Of a stretch of DNA of 50,368 bases, positions 42,170 through 50,368 are shown piece after piece. The first letter of the stretch is position 1. Every line of letters starts with the position of its first letter. The translations under genes were made by a program, and so were the position numbers. Under the pieces are notes generated by a model. That model saw nothing but the letters and a program-made list of their open reading frames with translations. It was not told where the DNA came from and did not search any database. Location of the stretch: positions 1 through 50,368 of the forward strand of contig WBXH01000003.1 of assembly GCA_008933015.1 (NCBI GenBank), given 5' to 3'. The stretch is from Verrucomicrobiota bacterium (GTDB taxonomy: Bacteria > Verrucomicrobiota > Verrucomicrobiia > Chthoniobacterales > UBA6821).

Positions 42170-43492
42170 ATGACAATGAAACTTCGTAATCGGCTGATCG
42201 CTCTGGTCTGCCTATTCCTCTTCCTCGCACTTGGAGCCTTCCTGCTCCTGACCTCCTCAACAAGAAAACCTTTTGCCATCATCCTGTTTGTGGGGGACAA
42301 CATCACCTCTCCGGTTCTGGGCGCGACCAGGATTTTCAATGGCGGTGCCGAGGCTCGACTGCAAATGGAGGAACTCCCCTACTCCGCCCTGAGTCGCAAT
42401 GCGGCCAATGATTTCTCGATCCCAGACACGGCCTCCGCCTCTACGCAGATATCTGCAGGAAGACGTGTGAACAAAGGGAGTCTCTGCATCGACACCGCGG
42501 GCCTAAAACTCTCCTCCCTGCTTGAGCTCGCCACACTGAAAGGTCGCGCCACCGGCCTGATCACCACTGGTGAAATCACCGGAACAACAGCGGCCAGTTA
42601 TTACGCCAAGACACTTAGCGGGGAGAATCGCTCGGATCTGGCGCTTCAGTTTTGCTCTCATCCCCCGTTTGACTTCGTGGCGGGTGGAGGATCACTTGAT
42701 TTTGAATCACCTGAAGCAACCTCTACCAATCTCCCCCCATCAGTTGACACGAATTCTTCCTCACAAGTCGTTGCAGGAAGTCCACTGAAGAAAATGAAGG
42801 ATCACGGCGTCTCGGTTCTTCATTCAGTCGCTGAGCTTGAGAAACAACCTTTTTGGAAAAAAAACCCTCTCCTTGCACTTCTTTCCCCGGGGCCTCTTTC
42901 CCCGCTTTCCGCTACTGGAAGCACAGAGGGCGATCCCAGTGCCCCCTCGCTCTCCGATCTTGTCAGGATAGCAATCCGTAACCTTCAATCTTATGGACAA
43001 GGATATCTACTTGTCGTCGATGATCCGATGATCGGCCAAGCCGCACGCTCAAACGATGCCGAAACTATGTTTCAGAGAATTCTGGCTTTCGATAAGGCCA
43101 TCTCGACAGCACGGCGGTACGCCGGGGAAAAAGCGTTGGTGGTGGTCACCGGTAGGGAAACTTTGGGAGGGCTTCAACTCAGTGGTTATCCCTTCCTGAG
43201 GGACAAAGGAGTGGCTGTTCTAGCCATCAACAACCAGGGCTACCCCTCTCTGAATTGGTCAACGGGCCCGGGATTTGATCCCGACAAAGGGGCTGATCTC
43301 TCCCACTCCAAGAAAACTTTTGGAACGAATAGCTCGGTGGGGATCCTCCTTCAACCCTCTGCCACAAAGCTTCCGTCTGGGTTAGGTGTTGGAGGTGATG
43401 TGCTGACTCTGGGAGTCGGTCCCGGCTCGGAAAATCTCCATGGTTTTCAAGATCTCACACAAGTTCATCGGTTGATCCTAAACGAATTGTAA
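42170..43492 (+). CDS. Alkaline phosphatase (PhoA) family homologue with degenerate active site, N-terminal membrane anchor
   Basis: IILFVGD, PDTASASTQISAG, GRATGLITT, GYLLVVD, FDKAI, VVVTGRETLGGL, GDVLTLGVGPGS follow the PhoA motif order. Confidence 0.85.
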   Translation: MTMKLRNRLIALVCLFLFLALGAFLLLTSSTRKPFAIILFVGDNITSPVLGATRIFNGGAEARLQMEELPYSALSRNAANDFSIPDTASASTQISAGRRVNKGSLCIDTAGLKLSSLLELATLKGRATGLITTGEITGTTAASYYAKTLSGENRSDLALQFCSHPPFDFVAGGGSLDFESPEATSTNLPPSVDTNSSSQVVAGSPLKKMKDHGVSVLHSVAELEKQPFWKKNPLLALLSPGPLSPLSATGSTEGDPSAPSLSDLVRIAIRNLQSYGQGYLLVVDDPMIGQAARSNDAETMFQRILAFDKAISTARRYAGEKALVVVTGRETLGGLQLSGYPFLRDKGVAVLAINNQGYPSLNWSTGPGFDPDKGADLSHSKKTFGTNSSVGILLQPSATKLPSGLGVGGDVLTLGVGPGSENLHGFQDLTQVHRLILNEL

Positions 43493-43554
43493 AACTCTTC
43501 CGGATCTCCGAGAGCTGAGTGCTTAGAAACTAAAAAACCGACGAACAATCTGCC

Positions 43555-46518
43555 TTACTGAAGGAGATGCTCCAGGGAGGGATCGGGTGGGGATCCAAGT
43601 TCGACAGCCTTTTTATAATGCTGCTTGGCCATCATTTTGGCAGGAGGTTTGCCCGTGGCATAAATGACGGCGAGGTTGAAATGGGCGTCAGCATATTGGG
43701 GATTAATCTCGATTGCTTTCATGATCTCACTTTCACCGGCCTTTCCTTTACCCGATGCCGCCAGCACGATCCCGAGGTAGTTATGAGCCGTGAAGTCCTG
43801 ATCATTGATGGAGATTGATTTCCTTAAGACTTTTTCGGCGTCATCATAACGTTGTTGCCGGTAGTGAACGATACCAAGAGTGGTGAGAGCAAAAGAGCTA
43901 TCCTTGGACTTTTCAGCGGCCTTCTTGAGGGATTCCTCCGCCTCGTTCATTTTGCCCAACTGGAACTGTACAACACCGATATTGGAGAGAGCAAAATAGT
44001 CATCTGGAGAGATCTTGAGAGCCTCTTGGAAAGTATTCTCGGCCTGAATGTAATCCTGCCTGTCAAACTGTTCCTTGGCCTGGGCAAGAAGCTCCTTGAA
44101 TTTTCCCTGCCAGACCATTCCGGTGGCATTCGTTGCTTTATCAGCACCCTCCGGATTGTCCTTCGTGGATTTTTCCGTAGGCCCGGCATCAGCTTTCTCC
44201 TTGTTTGTTGACTGGGTGATTGGTGCCGCTAGGGAGGCCTGTACTTTCTCCGGACTGCCTTCACTCACCATCAGATCTGCATCTTTGAATAGGGCCTTCT
44301 CAACGGGAGAAAGGGGAGCATTTGGAGCGGAGAGGATGCTGATCTGGGCGGCAAGTGAATCAGACTGGACATTGAGACGTTTGAGTTCCTCCTCCATAAG
44401 GCGGCGCGCCTGCTCTTTCCTAGCCTCCTCCTTGATCTGCCTGAGAACGATTCCCCGGAGCAAGGTGTTCTCGTCCATGGTCTGCTGATCAGAGCTGCCT
44501 GATTTTCTTTTTTTCTTCAGAAGGGCTATCTGTGAATCCTTCGCTACCAACTGATCTTGTAAATCCTTGAGCTGGTCGGCTCCTTTGGAACTCTGTTTCT
44601 GTAAGGTCTCCACTTTTTTGTTCGCGGCGGCAAGGTCGCCCTGAATGGCAGTTGCCTGAACGCGCGCATCTATGAGGGCCTTTTCCTTTTCTTGAAGGGC
44701 TTTGCCCTGATCGGCGCTCAACTTGGTGAGGTCAGCTATTTTCTGTTGGGAATCGGCGAAGTTTTTGGCATTGAGGTCGACCTGTCCCTGCAGTTTTTTC
44801 AACTGCTCCTGCAGGGCGGTGCCATCCTGCCCTTGGTTGATTTGGGAAGCTATGCGGTCGAGTGCAGACTTAAGTTGATCCTGAAGGGAGCTGTTTTGCT
44901 TTTGGAGCATCTGCTTGGCCTCATTGGCCTCAAGGGCCTTGCGATCTGCATCCGCACGGTTTGATTCTGCAATCTTAGTGCCTTCTGCGATTTTCGAGTT
45001 TGCCAGATCAAGGGCCTTCTGATTCTCGGCAATCTGAGATTTGAGATTTTCGTTTTCCTTGATCAGAGGTGTGGCGGTGGAAGCCTGCCGACCGAGCGCG
45101 GAAATTGACTTGGCTGCCTGATCCAGCTTGCCGAGCAGTCTGGCACGCTCCTCCTCGAGCACGGCACGGTCGGAGTTAGCGACGGCACGGAGTTTGCTCT
45201 CGGATTCCATGGCGCTTAGAGCAGCCTTCTTCGATTGCTCCGATTCATCCCGAGCCTTCGCGAGATCCTTCTCGCCATGGCTGAGTTGATCCTTCATCGA
45301 GGCTAGTTGCTTTTTCAACTCGTCGGTCTGTGACTCCAATCCCCTGACTTTCGAGGCTTCCCGGGCCGCTTCAGCAAGTCGGACGACTTTGTCCGCCAAC
45401 CCCTTGCGCTCCTCTTCTACAACCTCAAGATCTGCCTCAGTATTTTTAGATATGGAGCCGCTCTCCTTCAGTCTGGTCTCCAGATCCTTCACTCGCACTT
45501 GAAGCGGAGCAACCTCCTGTGAGAGCTTCTTAAGATTCGCTAACTGGCCAGCGGTCTTGGTGACTTGCTTCTGAAGCTCCTCGTTTTGTTTGGTGGAATC
45601 GCCGGCTAATTGCTCGGAACGCTCTGCCCTTGCCTTGAGTTGCGCGAGCGATTCCTTGCCCTTTTCGACTTCTGCGGTGAGTTGCTCGATTCTCTGCTTG
45701 GATCCTGCAGTTGCGACGATCTTCTCCTGAGCATCATGCAATTTGGCAGAGAGGGAGGTTGTCTCATCGGCTGATTTCTTGGCGAGTTGATTATACTGTT
45801 CGTCAGCAGCAATCTTATCGGCCACAGCATCATCAAGCTTCTTCTGAAGGTTTTTGAGATCCTCTGCCCAAGAGGCACGTGCCTTGAGGTCGTGCTCCAA
45901 ATCTGAAATCCGCCGTTTGGCCACATCAAGCTGACTGGTCAGTTCCGAGCGCTTAGCTACCCAGTCCGCATTCTCAAGATCGCTCTCTCTTTTTTTCTGC
46001 GAAGAGAGTGTCTCACGGGCTTCCTTGAGTTCTCTCTGAAGTTCGTTGATCTGCCTGCGCAGACTGCGTGTTTCTACAGAGGTGTTGAGCCCTGCCTTGT
46101 TCGAAGATGGATCGGTTCCTGATGGGGGAACGATCGTGATGCTGGGCCCCTTTACCGAAGGGAGTGAGGAATCAGCAGATTGGTCTCCACGAGTATGCGA
46201 AACTAATGCCGTGTTATCACTTTCAACCCCTCCTCTTCCTAAGCCTTGAAGTCGATCTACTGACTCAATGGTTTTTTTCAGTCGGTAGTCAACGACCGGC
46301 TTCTGCCATGAAGGATCGTTTTTGCTGATTTCCTTAAGGAGACTCACTGCAAACTGATATTTCTTCAGGGCCTCGTCGTTGCTTCCCTGGCGTTCAAGTT
46401 TCTCACCTTGCTGAAAGCTTTGGTAGGCGTTCAGGAATTGATCCGAGGAATCCGCAGCGCCGGCAAATCCGATCAGACCGAAACATAAAAATGTGAAAAC
46501 CGGTAACAGACGTGGCAT
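43555..46518 (-). CDS. Exported long coiled-coil protein with C-terminal TPRs
   Basis: Signal peptide; heptad-rich K/E/Q/L/A region over roughly residues 145-720; TPRs (ALSNIGVV, AHNYLGIV, YADAHFNLAVIY). Confidence 0.88.
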   Translation of the reverse strand: MPRLLPVFTFLCFGLIGFAGAADSSDQFLNAYQSFQQGEKLERQGSNDEALKKYQFAVSLLKEISKNDPSWQKPVVDYRLKKTIESVDRLQGLGRGGVESDNTALVSHTRGDQSADSSLPSVKGPSITIVPPSGTDPSSNKAGLNTSVETRSLRRQINELQRELKEARETLSSQKKRESDLENADWVAKRSELTSQLDVAKRRISDLEHDLKARASWAEDLKNLQKKLDDAVADKIAADEQYNQLAKKSADETTSLSAKLHDAQEKIVATAGSKQRIEQLTAEVEKGKESLAQLKARAERSEQLAGDSTKQNEELQKQVTKTAGQLANLKKLSQEVAPLQVRVKDLETRLKESGSISKNTEADLEVVEEERKGLADKVVRLAEAAREASKVRGLESQTDELKKQLASMKDQLSHGEKDLAKARDESEQSKKAALSAMESESKLRAVANSDRAVLEEERARLLGKLDQAAKSISALGRQASTATPLIKENENLKSQIAENQKALDLANSKIAEGTKIAESNRADADRKALEANEAKQMLQKQNSSLQDQLKSALDRIASQINQGQDGTALQEQLKKLQGQVDLNAKNFADSQQKIADLTKLSADQGKALQEKEKALIDARVQATAIQGDLAAANKKVETLQKQSSKGADQLKDLQDQLVAKDSQIALLKKKRKSGSSDQQTMDENTLLRGIVLRQIKEEARKEQARRLMEEELKRLNVQSDSLAAQISILSAPNAPLSPVEKALFKDADLMVSEGSPEKVQASLAAPITQSTNKEKADAGPTEKSTKDNPEGADKATNATGMVWQGKFKELLAQAKEQFDRQDYIQAENTFQEALKISPDDYFALSNIGVVQFQLGKMNEAEESLKKAAEKSKDSSFALTTLGIVHYRQQRYDDAEKVLRKSISINDQDFTAHNYLGIVLAASGKGKAGESEIMKAIEINPQYADAHFNLAVIYATGKPPAKMMAKQHYKKAVELGSPPDPSLEHLLQ

Positions 46519-46708
46519 GAAAATAAAATAGGGACTAGTTCACTAGACTTAGCGGGAGGAAAGATCAAACACCCTCTTTTCCCCATTGGGAAGAACGCTT
46601 TCCCTCTTTTGAAAGCTCGGTGACGAAAATTTCACCATGCAGGAATTGACATGCCATCCACATAAGTACCTAATGCGGTTTCCAATCAATATTTCTAAAT
46701 ATCAACAT

Positions 46709-47320
46709 ATGGAACAATTGCTTGATCAGCCGGTTTTAGTACTCAACAGGTTGTGGCAGGCCATCAATACCTGCTCTGCTCGCAGGGCGATGACACTCCT
46801 TTATCAGGGTCATGCGCAGGTAGTTGCCGGTGATGGAGGAAATAATTTCCTGACACATGATTTCAGAAGTTGGAGCGATTTTTCACAAATCAATCCCGAA
46901 CCCCGCATGCTCCAAACGATCTCTTTCAGAATCAGGGTGCCACGGATTATCGTGCTCTGTCTGTTTGAGCGTTTACCAAAAAAAGAGGTAAAGTTTACCA
47001 GATTGAATGTCTTTGAGCGGGACAAAAACATGTGCCAGTACTGCGGCAATCTCTTTGATCGGAGCAACCTTAACATCGATCACGTTTTACCACGCGACCG
47101 TGGAGGACAGACAACTTGGGAGAATGTTGTCTGCTCCTGCATTCCCTGCAACACACGAAAGGGAAACAGACTACCTCACGAGGCGAGGATGCAATTGTTG
47201 AAAAAACCGAAACGCCCGAAGTGGAGACCCTTTGTGAATATCACTTTCGCCGGTGGCGTTGATGAGAGTTGGAGCCATTTCATCGATCTCGCCTACTGGA
47301 ACGTTGAATTGGGAGAATAA
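46709..47320 (+). CDS. HNH endonuclease (McrA-like)
   Basis: PVLVLN, FTRLNVFERD, CQYCG, IDHVLPRDRGG, WENVVCSCIPCNTRKG; start ATG 46709. Confidence 0.93.
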   Translation: MEQLLDQPVLVLNRLWQAINTCSARRAMTLLYQGHAQVVAGDGGNNFLTHDFRSWSDFSQINPEPRMLQTISFRIRVPRIIVLCLFERLPKKEVKFTRLNVFERDKNMCQYCGNLFDRSNLNIDHVLPRDRGGQTTWENVVCSCIPCNTRKGNRLPHEARMQLLKKPKRPKWRPFVNITFAGGVDESWSHFIDLAYWNVELGE

Positions 47321-47359
47321 GGGAATAAATTTATATCTCTTTGCGAGAACTTCGCTGGA

Positions 47360-48505
47360 TCAGGCCGTAATCGCTTTTAAGAACTCCTCGAAAAAAGGAG
47401 CGGCATCACGCGGACCGGGTGATGCTTCCGGGTGAAATTGGACCGCCCTGACAGCCTTTGTTCGATGACTGATTCCAGCGACCGTTCCATCGTTGAGATG
47501 TCGGTGCGTCACTTCGAGATCCGCAGGCAGTCCCTTTTCATCAACGGCATAACCGTGATTTTGATAGGTGATGAGAACGCGGCCATTTCTTAAATCCATC
47601 ACCGGTTGGTTGGCTCCGCGGTGACCGAACTTGAGTTTGTAAGTAGTCGCACCGAAGGCGTGAGAGAGAATCTGATGACCTAGACAGATACCGTAAACCG
47701 GTTTCTCTTCGGCAAGGAGGCGCGCTGTTTCATGTGCCGACGTGAGCACTGCAGGATCGCCGGGACCATTCGAGAGGAAAATACCGTCCGGATTGAGAGA
47801 GAGGGTTTCTGCAACTGTCGTGTCGGGAGGAACCACGATCACGCGAATCCCGTGGGCGCGAAGAAGTCTGAGGATGTTCCTCTTCACCCCAAAATCGTAG
47901 AGAACTACCAGAGGTTTCTTGGCCCCTGTTCCCAAGGATGCCGATGAGTTCTTCACGCCGGCAGATTCCTTCGACTCAGCATCCCATTCGTAGACCACCT
48001 TTGTGGAGACCTGCCCCACAAGGTCAAGGTCCTCAAGTCGGGGAGCTGTTTTTGCAGCATTGATAGCTGATTCGACGCTACTTCCATCGGCACAAAGACA
48101 AGCCCTCATGGCACCTTGAGTGCGGAGATGACGAGTCAGCGACCGGGTATCGATACCGGCAATCGCAGGGATGCCATGTTGATTGAGGTAGGAGGTAAGA
48201 TCACCCTTGGAGCGCCAACTGCTGTTGATCCGTGAAAGCTCCTCCACCACGAAACCGCTCACTTGGGGATGTTCGCTCTCCACATCCTCGGAGTTCGTTC
48301 CGTAGTTACCAATCAAGGGGTAGGTCATGGCGACGATCTGTCCGCGGTAAGATGGATCTGTAAGCACTTCCTGATAACCGCACATGGAGGTGTTGAAACA
48401 GATTTCTCCCAAGGCATTCAGGGGCGCTCCAATGGAATAACCATGGAAAACGCGACCATCTTCTAACGCTAGAAATGCAGGGGAATCGAGAGGTGTGGCA
48501 GTCAT
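47360..48505 (-). CDS. carA: Carbamoyl-phosphate synthase small subunit
   Basis: GEICFNTSMCGYQEVLTDPSY, LSNGPGDP, GICLGHQ, QNHGY, QFHPEASPGP. Confidence 0.97.
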   Translation of the reverse strand: MTATPLDSPAFLALEDGRVFHGYSIGAPLNALGEICFNTSMCGYQEVLTDPSYRGQIVAMTYPLIGNYGTNSEDVESEHPQVSGFVVEELSRINSSWRSKGDLTSYLNQHGIPAIAGIDTRSLTRHLRTQGAMRACLCADGSSVESAINAAKTAPRLEDLDLVGQVSTKVVYEWDAESKESAGVKNSSASLGTGAKKPLVVLYDFGVKRNILRLLRAHGIRVIVVPPDTTVAETLSLNPDGIFLSNGPGDPAVLTSAHETARLLAEEKPVYGICLGHQILSHAFGATTYKLKFGHRGANQPVMDLRNGRVLITYQNHGYAVDEKGLPADLEVTHRHLNDGTVAGISHRTKAVRAVQFHPEASPGPRDAAPFFEEFLKAITA

Positions 48506-48631
48506 GAATCGTGGCGAAAAAGTCGTCGTTTACTTCAGCATGCCTCTCCTATCCGTGCAACCAGATTACAATACCAAGAAGGAAAGGTGGGGGTTGCGCC
48601 ATCGGGTTGTGTTTCCTAGGCTTGACTGCCC

Positions 48632-49420
48632 GTGCTGAAGATCTCTCAAATATCCCCCCCCCTAGCTCTGGTGACACTGTTTTTGACGGTGGTTCCATGC
48701 GCCTGCCTAGCCCAGACGATCTCTAAGACCGCCGATGGTTTTGATCTGCCCGTGGCTCCCCCGGCAGGCACCGGATTCTACAAATCACGCGGATTTCGCA
48801 GTGGCGGGCATCTTGGAGAGGATTGGGTTACCGATGGTGGTAGCGCTAAAGGCTTCCGACAACCTGTTCATACGATTGGTAACGGCATTGTTGTGCTGGC
48901 TCGTGATATCCATGTCGCCTGGGGAAACGTCGTCATGATCCGCCATTCCTGGATTGAGAACAGGCAAATCCACTTTGCCGACTCCCTGTACGCGCACCTA
49001 GACCGAATCAATGTCAGGGAGGGCCAGCAAGTTGGCAAGGGGCAGCAGATTGGGGCGATCGGGACCAATCACGGCATGTATCCACCTCACCTCCACTTCG
49101 AGATCCACAAGGACCTCGGTATCGGTGTCAATCATGCGGCAGGAACCCGCGATCTCAGGAGTTACTGGCTACCCACGGAGTTCGTCATGGCTCGGAGGCA
49201 TCTTGCAGGTGGAGGGCGCAATGTTCCTACGCCAGTCGCCAATTTCCTTCTGCCAACAACAGAGCACCCTTGGAACCTCGGCCACTTCTGGCATAGCCCG
49301 AAGAAGAAGTCGACTCATCCGAAATCATCCAAGTCATCCCTCTCCCATCACTCGACAAGCACCGCTCAGAAGCACACCTCCTCCAATACCTGGAAGATCA
49401 ACCATTACTCGGATCCCTAG
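48632..49420 (+). CDS. M23 family metallopeptidase, exported
   Basis: Signal-like N-terminus; HLGED (HxxxD), WGNVVMIRH, SLYAHL, PHLHFEI. Confidence 0.9.
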   Translation: MLKISQISPPLALVTLFLTVVPCACLAQTISKTADGFDLPVAPPAGTGFYKSRGFRSGGHLGEDWVTDGGSAKGFRQPVHTIGNGIVVLARDIHVAWGNVVMIRHSWIENRQIHFADSLYAHLDRINVREGQQVGKGQQIGAIGTNHGMYPPHLHFEIHKDLGIGVNHAAGTRDLRSYWLPTEFVMARRHLAGGGRNVPTPVANFLLPTTEHPWNLGHFWHSPKKKSTHPKSSKSSLSHHSTSTAQKHTSSNTWKINHYSDP

Positions 49421-49590
49421 GATCCTGAGGATGCCGATCTGCGGCGGAAAATGACCAGCATCCCCTCGCCCAATCCCATCAGCACATAGGTTAAGGGTTC
49501 GAAGATTATTCAAAGAAACTACAAGATCAACAGTGGCCCTTGTCCTTGTAATATAATTTCCATTAGAAGCGGGTGCGGCAACAAACAACA
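49417..49590 (-). pseudogene. Decayed PEP-CTERM protein gene remnant
   Basis: 49503-49417 reads FEPLTYVLMGLGEGMLVIFRRRSASSGS*; the same frame has TAG and TGA just upstream. Confidence 0.6.
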
Positions 49591-49602
49591 GTGACTACAC
49601 GC

Positions 49603-50368
49603 CTAGGCGTTTAGTTTCGTAGCGCGGTATTCGAGGGAGTCGACCAGTGCCATCCAACTTGCCTCGATGATGTTGTCGGAGACCCCGACTGTCCCCCACG
49701 ATTCTGATCCCTCGCTGGAGAGAATGTGGACGCGGGTTCGTGCGGCAGTACCCCTACCCCCGTCGACGATGCGAACCTTGTAGTCGGAGAGGGAAATGCC
49801 CGAGATCCAAGGATGAAGTTGCAGGAGCGCCTTGCGAAGCGCGGCATCGAGCGCATTCACCGGGCCGTCGCCCTCGGCGGTCATCTCCAGCTCACGGTCG
49901 CCGTCACGCAGGGAAACGGTGGCCTCGCACGACGTGGAGGAACCGGCAGCATCGCGCCGGAAGCTGCAGTGATATCCTTTCAACGCGAAGAGCTGTGTGT
50001 GGCGGCCCAGTTCCCTGCGAATGAGGAGATCCAGGGAGGCATCGGCGGCCTCGAACTCAAAGCCTTCCGATTCCATCGCTTTGATCCGTTCCAGCACACG
50101 GAGAACGGCGGGGTTGTCCTTAGTCAGGGCAAGACCGAGTTCCGCTGCCTTCATGAGGATGTTGCTGCGGCCGGAGAGTTCGGAGACCAGGATGTTCTGC
50201 CTGTTTCCAACGGAAGAGGGTTCGATGTGCTCGTAGGCAGCGGCTGTCTTAGCCACGGCATTCACGTGCATCCCTCCTTTATGGGCAAAGGCTGTCACGC
50301 CTACGAATGGGGCCCTGGGATCGGGTTGGCAGTTCGCCAACTCATCAACGAAAAGCGAGACTTCGCGA
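49603..50368 (-). CDS. cimA: Citramalate synthase / LeuA family, C-terminal part (5' end beyond window)
   Basis: AFAHKGGMHV, YEHIEP..VGN, VSELSGRSN, GFEFEAADAS, EGDGPVNALD, DYKVRI, WGTVGVSDNIIEASW. Confidence 0.9.
   Translation of the reverse strand, partial: REVSLFVDELANCQPDPRAPFVGVTAFAHKGGMHVNAVAKTAAAYEHIEPSSVGNRQNILVSELSGRSNILMKAAELGLALTKDNPAVLRVLERIKAMESEGFEFEAADASLDLLIRRELGRHTQLFALKGYHCSFRRDAAGSSTSCEATVSLRDGDRELEMTAEGDGPVNALDAALRKALLQLHPWISGISLSDYKVRIVDGGRGTAARTRVHILSSEGSESWGTVGVSDNIIEASWMALVDSLEYRATKLNA

Noticed and set aside
46709-47320. IscB/Cas9-like RNA-guided nuclease
   Set aside because: About 200 aa with no RuvC segments, PLMP motif or repeat array.

Overview
Gene-dense bacterial chromosomal segment of mostly housekeeping genes. 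It is most likely from Verrucomicrobiota (possibly Chthoniobacterales); this is an inference from protein family types and a PEP-CTERM remnant. Order: partial class I glutamine amidotransferase; tRNA-Arg(CCG); a minus-strand run (tmk-holB-proB-ABC permease-hypothetical-GT9-thiH-thiS-U32/RlhA-like-bioA); two exported hypotheticals; tal; pyrG; DUF1802-like; PHP; tex; MFS; secG-panC-nadB; accB-accC-thiE-methyltransferase; pstSCAB-phoU-lptD; lipoate ligase family; parB-desaturase-FAD oxidoreductase-DUF1365-hypothetical; TrpF-like; small membrane ORF; Tat acid phosphatase; tRNA-Gln(TTG); degenerate alkaline phosphatase homologue; large coiled-coil/TPR protein; HNH nuclease; carA; M23 peptidase; partial cimA. 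I saw no CRISPR array, transposase, integrase, reverse transcriptase or rRNA, and no clear-cut new multi-gene system. The best leads are an intact alkaline phosphatase homologue lacking its Zn ligands (likely pseudoenzyme) behind a structured leader, a UfaD/UfaO-like lipid operon with a desaturase but no methylase, a low-GC patch inside lptD, a TrpF-like protein without the catalytic Cys, an amplified ParA-binding motif in ParB, and a decayed PEP-CTERM gene. All assignments come from reading motifs by eye; no searches were run.
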